In this document: positions 40,404 to 50,353 of the stretch, one piece after another
Layout of the letters: each line of letters starts with the position of its first letter
How positions within the stretch are numbered: the first letter of the stretch is position 1
NCBI GenBank assembly: GCA_030647965.1
Contig: JAUSIT010000016.1
Location: forward strand, 8,429-72,428
DNA length: 64,000 nt
From: Nanobdellota archaeon
GTDB taxonomy: Archaea > Nanobdellota > Nanobdellia > Pacearchaeales > GW2011-AR1
Direction of reading: 5' to 3'
Position numbers and translations under genes: made by a program
Notes under the pieces: model-generated
The model's input: the letters and a program-made list of their open reading frames with translations, nothing else
What the model was told of the DNA's origin: nothing
Databases searched by the model: none

Positions 40404-41846
40404 ATGGAAAAAGAACCTGAAAAAATAAATTACAAAGAACTTGGGCTTAAATCAGGTCTGGAAATACATCAACAGTTAAATACTAATAAATTATTCTGTA
40501 ATTGCCCTTCTATTTTAAGAAATGATAATCCCCTTTTTACTATTAAAAGAAAATTAAACCCAGTTATTGGAGAAACAGGAGACATTGATATTGCTGCTGA
40601 ATATGAAAAATCCAAAAATAAAACTTTCAATTATGAAGTTTATGACACAAATTGTTTAGTTGAATTGGATGAAGAACCCCCTCATAATATAAATTTAGAT
40701 TCATTAAAAATTGCATTAGAAGTTGCTATTCTTACAAATTGCAAAATCTTTCCTGTGACTCAGATAATGAGAAAAACAGTTATTGATGGTTCAAATACTT
40801 CTGGTTTTCAGAGAACAGTTTTAATTGCACATGAGGGTTATATTGAAACATCTGAAGGAAGAGTTGGAATTGAAACAATAGGATTAGAAGAAGATGCAGC
40901 TAGAATTATTTCTTCAAAAGAAAATGAAACAACTTATAGATTAGATAGATTAGGAATACCTTTAATTGAAATTGCAACAAAGCCTGATTTAAAATCTCCT
41001 GAACAGATTAAAGAAGCTGCTTTAAAGATTGGAGAAATATTAAGAATGTGTGATGTTAAAAGAGGAATAGGAACAATTAGGCAAGATTTAAATATTTCAA
41101 TAAAAAATAGCAAAAGAGTTGAAATAAAAGGTTTTCAAGAGCCAAAAATTATGATCAAAACAGTTGAATTAGAAGTCAAAAGACAGCTTGAACTTGTAAA
41201 TCAGAGCAAGAGCATAAATGAAGTGAGAAAGTCTTTGCCAGATGGCTCTACTAGTTTTTTAAGGCCTATGCCGGGAGCAGCAAGAATGTATCCTGAAACA
41301 GATTGTGTTTTATTAAAGATATCAAGAGATTTAATTAATGAAGTTAAAAAAACACTTCCACAGCCAAAAGAAGATTTAACAGGTTATTTGAAAAAATACG
41401 GCTTAAATGACGAACTTATCAAGCTTTTAGTGCAAAATGAAAAAGTTGAAGAATTCAAGTATTTAGTTCAGGTTCAAAACTATCCTAATTTAATTGCAAA
41501 AATGCTTATTGTTTTTCCAAAAGAAATTGCTGTTAAGGATAAGAAAAATATTAATGAAATTGAAAAGTTGCTTAATCAAGATATATTGGAAGCTGTTTTA
41601 AATGAGATAAACAAAACTATTTCTGAAAATGATGTTAAAATTGTTCTTCAAAAAATTTCGGAAGGCAAAAAGCTTAAAGATGCTTTAACAAAAGAAAAAA
41701 TAGATATTTCTTCTGAAATTGAAAAGCTAATAAAAGAAAAACCTGGCTTAAGTATGAATGGTTATATGGGTTTAGTAATGGCTAAATTCAAAGGCCAGGT
41801 TTCTGGCAAAGAGATAATGGATGAGCTGAAAAAAAGGATGAAATAG
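40404..41846 (+). CDS. gatE: Glu-tRNA(Gln) amidotransferase subunit E
   Basis: 'YKELGLKSGLEIHQQLNTNKLFCNCPS', 'RKLNPVIGETGDIDIAAEYE' typical of GatE rather than GatB. Confidence 0.75.
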   Translation: MEKEPEKINYKELGLKSGLEIHQQLNTNKLFCNCPSILRNDNPLFTIKRKLNPVIGETGDIDIAAEYEKSKNKTFNYEVYDTNCLVELDEEPPHNINLDSLKIALEVAILTNCKIFPVTQIMRKTVIDGSNTSGFQRTVLIAHEGYIETSEGRVGIETIGLEEDAARIISSKENETTYRLDRLGIPLIEIATKPDLKSPEQIKEAALKIGEILRMCDVKRGIGTIRQDLNISIKNSKRVEIKGFQEPKIMIKTVELEVKRQLELVNQSKSINEVRKSLPDGSTSFLRPMPGAARMYPETDCVLLKISRDLINEVKKTLPQPKEDLTGYLKKYGLNDELIKLLVQNEKVEEFKYLVQVQNYPNLIAKMLIVFPKEIAVKDKKNINEIEKLLNQDILEAVLNEINKTISENDVKIVLQKISEGKKLKDALTKEKIDISSEIEKLIKEKPGLSMNGYMGLVMAKFKGQVSGKEIMDELKKRMK

Positions 41847-41982
41847 CTTCCAATTAGGTGAAAAACCTGAAAAACCCTTGATAAATCCTTAAAATCACTT
41901 CTGATTACCCCTAATTCTTAGTAGTTTAGATGGTTATTTATGTGTCATTTCTAAAAGGTAACAAAACAAAAGGTTTATAAAG

Positions 41983-42435
41983 TTGTTATTCCATAGTTAT
42001 AACATGTTAAAAGATGATATTTCAGTGAGTGAAAAAACCTTGCTTAGCATGGAATACCCTGAAAAACCTTTTGAAGACGATTCTTTTCAAATGGGAAAAG
42101 AAAAAGTTGAATCATTAAGAGAGCTTGTTGTTGAAATTGAAGAACTGATAAAAAATAGAGAAAGTTTAAGCAAAAGCATATGTAATGAAGGTGAAAAAAT
42201 GAAAACAGACTTATCTAATTTTATAAATGAAAATAAATTTCAGGACCCACAAAATTCCAAAGAAAGAAGTGAATTAAGAAAAAAACAAATTGAAATTTCT
42301 GAATTACAATTAAAAGAAAGAGTAGAATGCTGGAAAGATATTGCATTGCTTAAAAGAGAATTAAGAGAACATGTTAAAGATTTGAAAGACAGGGAGGATA
42401 GAGTTAATAGTTTAAATAAACTCTGGGAAAATTAA
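41983..42435 (+). CDS. coiled-coil protein (first gene of FHA/kinase/ATPase operon)
   Basis: Charged heptad-rich sequence. Confidence 0.35.
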   Translation: MLFHSYNMLKDDISVSEKTLLSMEYPEKPFEDDSFQMGKEKVESLRELVVEIEELIKNRESLSKSICNEGEKMKTDLSNFINENKFQDPQNSKERSELRKKQIEISELQLKERVECWKDIALLKRELREHVKDLKDREDRVNSLNKLWEN

Positions 42436-42440
42436 ATAAA

Positions 42441-42896
42441 ATGATACAAGCATATTTAACAGACACTAATGCAAAAAGAACATACGATTTATCTAGATTA
42501 TTATTATCTAAATCTAATGATATAATCACAATAGGAAGACAAAATCAAAGAAATGATATTGTTTTAGGAAAAGATGATTTTGATGAATTAATTAGTAATA
42601 AAGAATTATTAAAAGAATTAATAAGTGTTTCTAGAATGCATGCTTCTTTAGAATATAAATTTCAAACATATACTCCTGATTGCAGTGGATTTTTTATGAG
42701 AGATGCTCATTCAACATTTGGAACAAAAATCTTAAGAGGGAAGGGATTAATTTCAATTTCTCAAAATGAAGGAATAACTTTAGCTAATGTTCCTGTTCCA
42801 ATAATTCTTGATAAAAATAAAATATTATTACAAAATGAAGACCAAATATTTTTTGCACAGTATGGTCCTGTTATTTACAAGGAGGCACAAATATGA
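42441..42896 (+). CDS. FHA domain protein
   Basis: 'ITIGRQNQRNDIVLGKD...VSRMHASLEY...DAHSTFGTKI' canonical FHA motifs. Confidence 0.7.
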   Translation: MIQAYLTDTNAKRTYDLSRLLLSKSNDIITIGRQNQRNDIVLGKDDFDELISNKELLKELISVSRMHASLEYKFQTYTPDCSGFFMRDAHSTFGTKILRGKGLISISQNEGITLANVPVPIILDKNKILLQNEDQIFFAQYGPVIYKEAQI

Positions 42897-43372
42897 AAAC
42901 TTTTGAACAAGAATTTGATTATGCAAGACCATTAGGTAGTGGAATTCATGGAAGCGTATATCAAATTTCAGATATTCATGCAGCAAAATTTTATGATGAA
43001 CAAAACGTTTCAGATCCTGATAAAGAATGTAAAATAGCAAAAGAATTATATAAAAATAATATAAATGTTCCTAAACCTGAAGGCGTTTTTAAAATAGATC
43101 TTAAAGCAAAGAATACTTTTCTTTCACAAAAACATGCTTTTGTTATGGAATATTTACCAGGATATATTTTAGAAGATGTACCTAGTAATGAAATAAAAAG
43201 ACTTGGATTAAATGAATTAGCTGAAATAGAATTAGAAAAAGCTAGAAAATTAGGATTTTTGACAATAGATTCTGAGCCTCGTAGAAATAATTCTAATCAA
43301 ATCTGGTGCCCAGACAGAAATAGAATTTACATAATTGATTTTGTAAATTGGGTAGATGGGAGGAAACTATGA
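42893..43372 (+). CDS. atypical small protein kinase-like protein (Bud32/RIO/Kdo-kinase-like fold), paralog 1
   Basis: Gly loop 'LGSGIHGSVYQ', 'AAKFY', hinge 'VMEYLPG', 'IYIIDF'. Confidence 0.45.
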   Translation: MKTFEQEFDYARPLGSGIHGSVYQISDIHAAKFYDEQNVSDPDKECKIAKELYKNNINVPKPEGVFKIDLKAKNTFLSQKHAFVMEYLPGYILEDVPSNEIKRLGLNELAEIELEKARKLGFLTIDSEPRRNNSNQIWCPDRNRIYIIDFVNWVDGRKL

Positions 43373-43911
43373 TACAAACATTTAGACAAGAATGGGATAG
43401 TGCAAAGAAACTTGCAAGAGAAGTATATCAAATTTCAGACAATCATATAGCAAAAACTTCAAAATTAATGTCAAACAAATTTATAGAACATCTAAAAAGA
43501 GAATATAGAATTACAAAAGAATTATATGAACAAGGAATAAATGTTCCTAAACCAGAAGGCATCTTTAATGTAAATCTTACATTTTTTGATTCAGTACATA
43601 AAGATTACGTATCTTTTACAAAACCTACTTTGGTAATGGAATATATCTCAGGTAAGAGTTTTGAACAAGTATCTGCGGAAACAGGATCTCAAATTGATGA
43701 AATGAATAAATTATGGAAATTAGCTTTTGAAGAGATAAACAAAGCTGAAAAATTAGGATTTGTTCCAGTAGATAGTGGTGAAGTAAATGATGGCAATCAA
43801 ATATGGTGTCCTGAAAGAAACAAAGTTTATTTGATTGATTTTGAATATTGGGGATACCATCCTCCTAAATTCTCACAAAAATTAAAATATTTTTGGAGGA
43901 ATTTAATATGA
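43348..43911 (+). CDS. atypical small protein kinase-like protein, paralog 2
   Basis: Parallels the upstream gene: 'ELYEQGINVPKPEGIF', 'VMEYISG', 'KLGFVPVDSGEVNDGNQIWCPERNKVYLIDF'. Confidence 0.45.
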   Translation: MGRWEETMIQTFRQEWDSAKKLAREVYQISDNHIAKTSKLMSNKFIEHLKREYRITKELYEQGINVPKPEGIFNVNLTFFDSVHKDYVSFTKPTLVMEYISGKSFEQVSAETGSQIDEMNKLWKLAFEEINKAEKLGFVPVDSGEVNDGNQIWCPERNKVYLIDFEYWGYHPPKFSQKLKYFWRNLI

Positions 43912-45836
43912 TACAAAAATTATCACCTGAAGAAATATGCATGAAGCTAAAACCTATATTTGGAAAAAAGATTGATGATATTTATTTAAGATATGCAATG
44001 GCTGACAGAGAAGAAAAAGAAGAAATACTTCAAGTTTTAAATACACTTTATAATAAAAATTTATCTCAATTACTTGATAATAAAATATTGTTAGAACCTC
44101 CATCTAGACTTTTAATGGATGGTGAATATCCTTTATCAATGATTAGCTATGCTGACAAACAATTATATCCATTTGCTTTAAGAGAAAAAGATTGGATAAG
44201 ACATGTATGTATTAGTGGAATGAGTGGAAGCGGAAAAACAACTTTAGCATTTCATATAATTAATAATTTTATAAAACACGAAAAGCCATTTTTAATTTTT
44301 GACTGGAAAAAGAGCTTTAGACCATTGATGTTAATTGACAATGAAATAATGTGTTTTACTGTTGGAAAAGATTCTGTAAGCAATTTATTTAAAGTAAATT
44401 TAAACAAGCCACCAAAAGATGTTTCTCCAAAAGAATGGATTAGTGTTTTATGTGACTTGCTTGCAGAAAGCTTTTTTGTTTCATTTGGTGTTCATAAAAT
44501 TTTAGTTGAAACTTTAGATGATGCATTTAAAGAATGGGGAGTTTACAATGGTTCTGAAAACTATCCAACATGGAATAATATTAAATGGTATTTAGAAGAA
44601 AGATCACATAAGGCAAAAGGAAGAGAAGCAACATGGTATGAAAGTGCATTAAGAATTGCATCTGTTCTTACATTTGGAGATTTTGGAAAAGTATGTAATT
44701 ACAAAGGCGAAGACAGCTTTTCAATTGAAGAATTATTAAATAAAAAAGTAATATTTGAATTAAACTCTCTTGGAAGTGTAGAGAAAAAGTTCTTTTGTGA
44801 ATTTTTGTTAACTTATATATACAAATTAAAAAAAGCAAGTCAGTCAAATTCAAATGGAAATTTTGAAAATGCAATTATAGTTGATGAAGCTCATAATATT
44901 TTCTTAAAAGGGGAGACACATTTTACAAAAGAATCTGTTACAGATATGATTTACAGAGAAATAAGAGAGTATGGAACAAGTTTAGTATGTCTTGACCAGC
45001 ATATATCAAAATTAAGTGATACTGTTAAAGGAAATAGTGCTTGTCATATTGCATTTCAACAGCAATTACCTCAAGATCTTTGGGATATTGGCGAATTAAT
45101 GCAATTAAAAGACAGAAAAAATTATTTTTCAATGCTTCCTGTTGGCTCTGCAATTGTAAGATTATCTGAAAGATTTAATTCTCCTTTTTTAATTGAAGTT
45201 CCTTCTGTTAAATTAAAAGATAAAGATCTAAATGACGAAGATATTAAATCAAAAATGAAATTTATATTTTCTGCAAGAGAAACTTTGAATAAAAAAGATG
45301 AGTTTCATAACTTAGTTGTTGGAAAAATTGAACAAAGATTTGAAAAAATAGATAAAAATGAAGTTTTAGATAAAGCTTTACAGGAAAATTTAGAAGTTGA
45401 GAAAGAAGCAATAAAAGGTCCATTTTCAAAAACTCAAAACAAAATATACGAAGCTGTTTTAGAAAGACTTTCAGAAGGAAAAGGACTAGCTGAAATTGAA
45501 AAAGAAATTGAAAAAGAAAGAATGCACTATGGATATAGTGTAAATGATATTTTAGAAGTTATAAACTATGTATTTGAAAACCAGTTCAGAGATATTATAG
45601 CTCAAAGAACAGAAATTGTAAAGCCAAGTGAAATGAATTTGCAAAATAAATTCTTAGATTATTTAAAACAAAACCCAGAACATAACAAAAGCACTGTTGA
45701 AATCTACAAAATTTTAGGCTTTTCAACAAGAAAGGGAAACATAATCAAAGATGAATTGCTTGAAAAGAACTTAATTAGAATTGAAGAGCAAAAAAACAAA
45801 ACAGGATGGAAGAAAATTATCACATTAAACAATTAA
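43893..45836 (+). CDS. HerA/FtsK/VirB4-like P-loop ATPase (DUF87-like)
   Basis: Walker A 'GMSGSGKTT', Walker B 'IIVDEAHNIF'. Confidence 0.55.
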   Translation: MEEFNMIQKLSPEEICMKLKPIFGKKIDDIYLRYAMADREEKEEILQVLNTLYNKNLSQLLDNKILLEPPSRLLMDGEYPLSMISYADKQLYPFALREKDWIRHVCISGMSGSGKTTLAFHIINNFIKHEKPFLIFDWKKSFRPLMLIDNEIMCFTVGKDSVSNLFKVNLNKPPKDVSPKEWISVLCDLLAESFFVSFGVHKILVETLDDAFKEWGVYNGSENYPTWNNIKWYLEERSHKAKGREATWYESALRIASVLTFGDFGKVCNYKGEDSFSIEELLNKKVIFELNSLGSVEKKFFCEFLLTYIYKLKKASQSNSNGNFENAIIVDEAHNIFLKGETHFTKESVTDMIYREIREYGTSLVCLDQHISKLSDTVKGNSACHIAFQQQLPQDLWDIGELMQLKDRKNYFSMLPVGSAIVRLSERFNSPFLIEVPSVKLKDKDLNDEDIKSKMKFIFSARETLNKKDEFHNLVVGKIEQRFEKIDKNEVLDKALQENLEVEKEAIKGPFSKTQNKIYEAVLERLSEGKGLAEIEKEIEKERMHYGYSVNDILEVINYVFENQFRDIIAQRTEIVKPSEMNLQNKFLDYLKQNPEHNKSTVEIYKILGFSTRKGNIIKDELLEKNLIRIEEQKNKTGWKKIITLNN

Positions 45837-46020
45837 CTATTACAAATCATAATCAAACAAATATAAATTAATAACAACGCAGCATAAAGACAACTTTTAA
45901 CAACACAATATAGAAATAACACAGACGCACAAGAGACAAACAGACAATAAAAATCTGAAATACCCTGCGAAACAAGATAAAAACAAGAAAGAAAGGAGAA
46001 ATATCTCAAAAGAAGATTAG

Positions 46021-46148
46021 TTTTAACTAGATTTAACCTTAATATATTCCTGAAATACCTATTTAATAGACTTCTAAATAGATTTTGAAATTGAAATAGC
46101 TTAATTTAAAACAAAAAGAATTGAAATAGCTTTTAACTGGGTTTAACA
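46021..46148. repeat. paired direct repeats at the compositional boundary
   Basis: ttttaactagatttaacc (46021-46038) / ttttaactgggtttaac (46131-46147); ttgaaatagctt at 46091 and 46121; preceded by AC-rich T-poor stretch 45840-45990. Confidence 0.5.
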
Positions 46149-46177
46149 AACAGAAACATCTCTGAAAGGAGAGGAAT

Positions 46178-46435
46178 ATGTATTATATCGCTGGGATATT
46201 TGTTCTTTTCGCATCTATCTTTCTCGGAGGAGAAAAAGAGCTAAAGATGCAGGTATTAATTGGCTGGGGAATTGGGATTATTGGCATGGCAATATGGTTC
46301 ATCGTAGGGGGGATTGAAAAGTTGGTAAAAGAAATCTCTGAACTAAGAAAAGAAATCTCCAAACCGAAGAAGGAAGAAGCTCCCCCGGAAACTGCCAGAA
46401 CTGACGAAGGTTCCCAAGCCAGCATGGTAAGATAA
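46178..46435 (+). CDS. small membrane protein
   Basis: SD gaaaggagagg; two TM helices. Confidence 0.45.
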   Translation: MYYIAGIFVLFASIFLGGEKELKMQVLIGWGIGIIGMAIWFIVGGIEKLVKEISELRKEISKPKKEEAPPETARTDEGSQASMVR

Positions 46436-46455
46436 AATTCTCTACGAAGATGATT

Positions 46456-46494
46456 AAGGGCCTTATTGCATTCAAAAGGGTGAGGCCCTTTAAT
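46456..46494 (+). terminator. intrinsic terminator-like hairpin
   Basis: aagggcct...aggccctt stem followed by taattt. Confidence 0.45.
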
Positions 46495-46522
46495 TTGAAA
46501 ATAATTATTTACCCCATATAAA
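46495..46522 (+). promoter_or_regulatory. sigma70-like promoter (TTGAAA ... TATAAA)
   Basis: ttgaaaataattatttaccccatataaa. Confidence 0.4.
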
Positions 46523-46562
46523 TAGCAATTCATAAATTGAAATATCTCTGAAAGGGGGAATT

Positions 46563-46742
46563 ATGTTAACTATAATAGTGATTTTTTCAGCATTACTTTT
46601 GAATTCATTTAAAGTATGGGGGGGTTTATGGGTATTCTTTTGGTTTATTAGAAAAGAAGGGACAATAATTTTTCCAATTATTAATCTTTATATGTGGGTA
46701 TGTTGGTATATGATTATTTTTACTCTTTTTTCAATACATTAA
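46563..46742 (+). CDS. small membrane peptide (59 aa)
   Basis: SD gaaagggggaattatg; hydrophobic. Confidence 0.35.
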   Translation: MLTIIVIFSALLLNSFKVWGGLWVFFWFIRKEGTIIFPIINLYMWVCWYMIIFTLFSIH

Positions 46743-46761
46743 CTTTTTCAAAGGAGGGAAT

Positions 46762-46905
46762 ATGTTCTTCTCATTTGTAATTCTGCCTCCCCCTGAAGTT
46801 AGCGACCCTGGAGCATATTTGGGGTGGATGATAATAAACTTCTTTTTGTGGTATTATATTCTTAATGGGATTGTAAACTTTAGTACCATGAAAAGAAAAA
46901 AGTGA
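46762..46905 (+). CDS. small membrane peptide (47 aa)
   Basis: SD caaaggagggaatatg. Confidence 0.3.
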   Translation: MFFSFVILPPPEVSDPGAYLGWMIINFFLWYYILNGIVNFSTMKRKK

Positions 46906-46951
46906 TAAAAATTAGCAAATGAGTAATTAAATCACAATCAATCTTTTTCAC

Positions 46952-47197
46952 ATGGAGAGTGTCATGAACCGCATAATATTAATTATCTTAGGCATTTTTC
47001 TTTTATCTTTTGGAATTGCATTGCTCTGCGATGTTAGTTATAATAATGAAGTTGAATCCCTGGACTTCTATTTGCTATCTGGAATGGTGCATTTTCACAA
47101 CTTTAACATAGGAGTTATTTATATTATCTGCGGGCTCATCGCACTTGGAGGCCTTTTCACTATTCGCTTTTCGAAATGCATTGCATACTTAATGTAA
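46952..47197 (+). CDS. small membrane protein
   Basis: two TM helices. Confidence 0.4.
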   Translation: MESVMNRIILIILGIFLLSFGIALLCDVSYNNEVESLDFYLLSGMVHFHNFNIGVIYIICGLIALGGLFTIRFSKCIAYLM

Positions 47198-47249
47198 TTT
47201 TTTATAGCAAACAAACAAAACAAACAACAATCAAAAAACGAGGTTTGTC

Positions 47250-47636
47250 ATGAAAAATCGGAGAGATTATATCTTTGGAATTTGTTTTGCTTGGGTAGTC
47301 TTAATCATGGTAATCTTTAGTGCCACAGATAGTTCCAAGAATTTCATCGGCTCTAATTTATTGGGTTACAGCACTTGCCCAAACTGTGGGGATAGCTGGT
47401 GGTGGAAAGAATCTAAGAGCATAACCTTTGATTCAAATATTAATGCAATCATCTTTGAAGAAGGAGTGATGATTTGCAAAGAGTGTGTTTTAAATCCCAA
47501 AACCCTTGATGAAAACAGGATTTGCAAAAATCTTTTGAAATGGAGCTGGGATGAAGAAAAAGTTCAGAAAGTCAAAGAGGCAATAATTCAATACAAAGAT
47601 TCTTCATTACAAGAACAAAATAAAATGTTATTCTAA
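47250..47636 (+). CDS. membrane-anchored zinc-ribbon protein
   Basis: 'CPNCGDSWWW...CKECV'. Confidence 0.45.
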   Translation: MKNRRDYIFGICFAWVVLIMVIFSATDSSKNFIGSNLLGYSTCPNCGDSWWWKESKSITFDSNINAIIFEEGVMICKECVLNPKTLDENRICKNLLKWSWDEEKVQKVKEAIIQYKDSSLQEQNKMLF

Positions 47637-47706
47637 CTGGAAGAATAATTTAGCAGTGAGCAAAGAGCAAATAATCAAAAACAACTTTTTTCTCTGGAGG
47701 TATATC

Positions 47707-48192
47707 ATGAATGAATATGTAAACATCTTCATTCTCGCAACAATCTGCGGGTCAATTGCTTACACCATGACTGAATCAGGGATTTTCGAGCCGTACAGAA
47801 TTTTTTGTAAAAACGTCTGCAAAAAGCTCGGAGAACTTTCCAGTTGCGGATATTGCACTGGTCACTGGGTGGCTTTCTTTTTGGTTGCAGTTTACCAACC
47901 CAGAATTGTTCACAGCAGTTTCTGGCTTCTGGATTATTTCCTGACTGCGATTCTTATTGCATGGATTTCTGGATTGTGGTGGAGATTTCATGTATTTGTC
48001 GGCCAGGTGATTGTAGCCCTGAAAGAAAAAAACAGAGTCTCTAAGGAAGAAAGACTTGCAATGATGGCATTATTTGAAGAGGGTAAAAATACAATCCCTC
48101 AAAGTAATGAGATCCCCGCAATTAAAAAGCAAAGAGCAAATAATATTATACCTTTTGAAAGAACAAACATTATTCCATTTAGAAGGGGGTGA
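47707..48192 (+). CDS. membrane protein
   Basis: SD ctggaggtatatcatg; ORF-track start 47656 lies inside promoter-like motif. Confidence 0.45.
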   Translation: MNEYVNIFILATICGSIAYTMTESGIFEPYRIFCKNVCKKLGELSSCGYCTGHWVAFFLVAVYQPRIVHSSFWLLDYFLTAILIAWISGLWWRFHVFVGQVIVALKEKNRVSKEERLAMMALFEEGKNTIPQSNEIPAIKKQRANNIIPFERTNIIPFRRG

Positions 48193-48197
48193 AAATA

Positions 48198-48371
48198 ATG
48201 TGGAAAATTAGACTAATATCTTCCCAGGAAATATTTGAATCACTTTCAGATGAAGAACCTGTTCAAGACACAATGAGCGGGGTATTATGCATTTCTTGGA
48301 CAAGTATTCAGGGAAAACCCTACACCCTTTACCCCGGGGTCGTTGCCACAGTTATCATCAAGGGAGAATAA
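48198..48371 (+). CDS. small protein (57 aa)
   Basis: SD agaagggggtgaaaataatg. Confidence 0.3.
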   Translation: MWKIRLISSQEIFESLSDEEPVQDTMSGVLCISWTSIQGKPYTLYPGVVATVIIKGE

Positions 48372-48390
48372 CTATTCAACATCTTCGCCA

Positions 48391-48426
48391 AGAGAGGCAT
48401 TATATTTCTATTATATAGTGCCTCTT
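48391..48426. repeat. 37-nt palindromic hairpin repeat, copy 1
   Basis: agagaggcattatatttctattatatagtgcctctt. Confidence 0.7.
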
Positions 48427-48481
48427 AAATTAAAAAAGCATTGAGCAATTAAACAAACAACTTTTTTCCAGGAGGCATGTC

Positions 48482-48844
48482 ATGTTAATCTTTGGAATTC
48501 TTTTGGCACTCGTTATCCTCGGGGTAGTAGTGTATCGTTTTGCACCAAAGGATGTTGGGAGCACTATCATGGTCCTCTCTTTGGGCATGATTCTTGTAAC
48601 TATGTTAACTATCCCACTCGCCAGAAATCAGTATATCCAAGAAATTTATGGTTTCAGGGATTTTAGCGAATTCTGCAAAGAAACTGGGGCCATAGGGTTT
48701 AAGCAGTCAGAAAATTATGACGAGTTTATGCAACAAGTCAAAGAAAAAAATATCTGGCTTGTCAGAACCCAACATTTTAATTCTGGCATCTGGTTTGATC
48801 TCTGGATTCCGGATGAAGTTGATTTGCTTGAACAGATTAAGTAA
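48482..48844 (+). CDS. membrane protein
   Basis: SD ccaggaggcatgtcatg. Confidence 0.45.
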   Translation: MLIFGILLALVILGVVVYRFAPKDVGSTIMVLSLGMILVTMLTIPLARNQYIQEIYGFRDFSEFCKETGAIGFKQSENYDEFMQQVKEKNIWLVRTQHFNSGIWFDLWIPDEVDLLEQIK

Positions 48845-49131
48845 CTGAAAACAATTTCACAAACAAAAACTTTTCACAATCTAAAACAAAAAAAGGAGTA
48901 GGCCATGAAAGCAATGAAATATGTTTTTATTATGGCCAGCGTTATTATCATTATTGCCGGAGCAATAGTGATGGTTATTCATCATCTCAAAAGCATAGCA
49001 GACAATCTTAACTGGATGCTCTTTGGCGATGGTGCTGGCATGAATGTTGTTCGCAAATAAATCGTTTACAAAAAACAATAATATACTAAACAAAAAAAAC
49101 TTTTCACAAAAACAATTTTCGGAGGTGTGTC

Positions 49132-49566
49132 ATGTCAAGAATGTTGGTTCTTATTATGGTTGCGCTTTTTGCGACCTGTGTTTTTAACGGCTGTGGAGAA
49201 TCTAAATATATTTACGGAGTTGTTTTAAATGAATATGGGACCATTGTCAAAAGGCAAAACTTTATTGAACGTTCTGAAGGAGCATTATTTGGAAACGATT
49301 CAATAAAGCTAAATGATCCTACCTATGTAATTCAATTTCAGGTGGTTTCTGTAAGAAGTTCTAAAAAAATATATGATTCCGGCCCTTACCTTGGAAAAAT
49401 TTATACTTTTCAAATTATGGGAGGGAGATATAATAATTTAGAAGCATTAAATATTGCAATACACAAAGGAACAAAAATCAGAATTCCCCAGAGCGAATTT
49501 AATTTTTATTTAAATGGTAATGTAGGCAAAATATTTGATTCAAATGTTAGTGTATTAGATGAATAA
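49132..49566 (+). CDS. lipoprotein
   Basis: 'LFATCVFNGCGES' lipobox-like; SD ggaggtg. Confidence 0.5.
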   Translation: MSRMLVLIMVALFATCVFNGCGESKYIYGVVLNEYGTIVKRQNFIERSEGALFGNDSIKLNDPTYVIQFQVVSVRSSKKIYDSGPYLGKIYTFQIMGGRYNNLEALNIAIHKGTKIRIPQSEFNFYLNGNVGKIFDSNVSVLDE

Positions 49567-49835
49567 TCCAATCTGAAAAAGAAAGGAGGTGAGAATAATG
49601 TTGCTAGGAACAATACTACAAATCGGAGGAGCAATAATTATGATTGTTAGTGTAATTGGTTTGAGCATTACACTATACAATAACCATAAATCAAACAAGC
49701 ATCCTGAAAGGAGGTGATCTAATCTATCTGTTTTTATTTTACAAATCTTAAAACGAAAGGAGATAAACAACAAACAAATGATTTACCTGATTCATCACTA
49801 TTTTCAAACTTCAATCATCAACAAGGAGAAATTCT

Positions 49836-50075
49836 GTGAAAGCTCTTATGATTGCTTTGCCTATCTGGGCGTGGATTATTGTTACGCTCATCGCTGTTTT
49901 TATTCTCTGGAACATTCTCGCCATCATCGGTGCGATCATCGGCCTGTTGTTCTGGGTCATCGGTTCGCTCATCCATTCCATCATCACTCTCGGCATTATC
50001 GGCCTGATTATTTGGGGCGGATACAAAGTCTGGAACTGGGTGAAAAACACCATCGGCAAGGAAACCATTTCGTAA
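49836..50075 (+). CDS. small membrane protein (GTG start)
   Basis: SD caaggagaaattctGTG; three hydrophobic helices. Confidence 0.45.
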   Translation: MKALMIALPIWAWIIVTLIAVFILWNILAIIGAIIGLLFWVIGSLIHSIITLGIIGLIIWGGYKVWNWVKNTIGKETIS

Positions 50076-50353
50076 TCTTCACACCGCCGCGAGAGAGCCT
50101 GATGATTAATTCTGAGCATTGGGCTCTCTTGCTTTTTTCAAAAAAGAAAAAGAAACGAGCAGTACATTTACAAAAAACAAAAGAGGCAATAAAATGTTAA
50201 GCTTGAAGAAAAAGATTGAAGCCAGAATCAGACTCCGTGTTTTTCTGGTAGCAAAATATGGAAAGCGCTGGTACAAACGCCCGCAATTTTTAAGATTAAT
50301 TAATAAGCGGACCAAGTGAAAACAATTTTACAATTTGAAGGGAGGTGAAAAAA

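Noticed and set aside
49778-50200. His-rich 140-aa plus-strand ORF overlapping the 49836..50075 membrane-protein ORF
   Set aside because: Its only SD-like sequence is about 15 nt from the ATG. The overlapping frame has a properly spaced SD with a GTG start and encodes a coherent 3-helix membrane peptide like its neighbours. The His/Arg-rich frame looks like an alternate-frame artefact of GC-rich codons.
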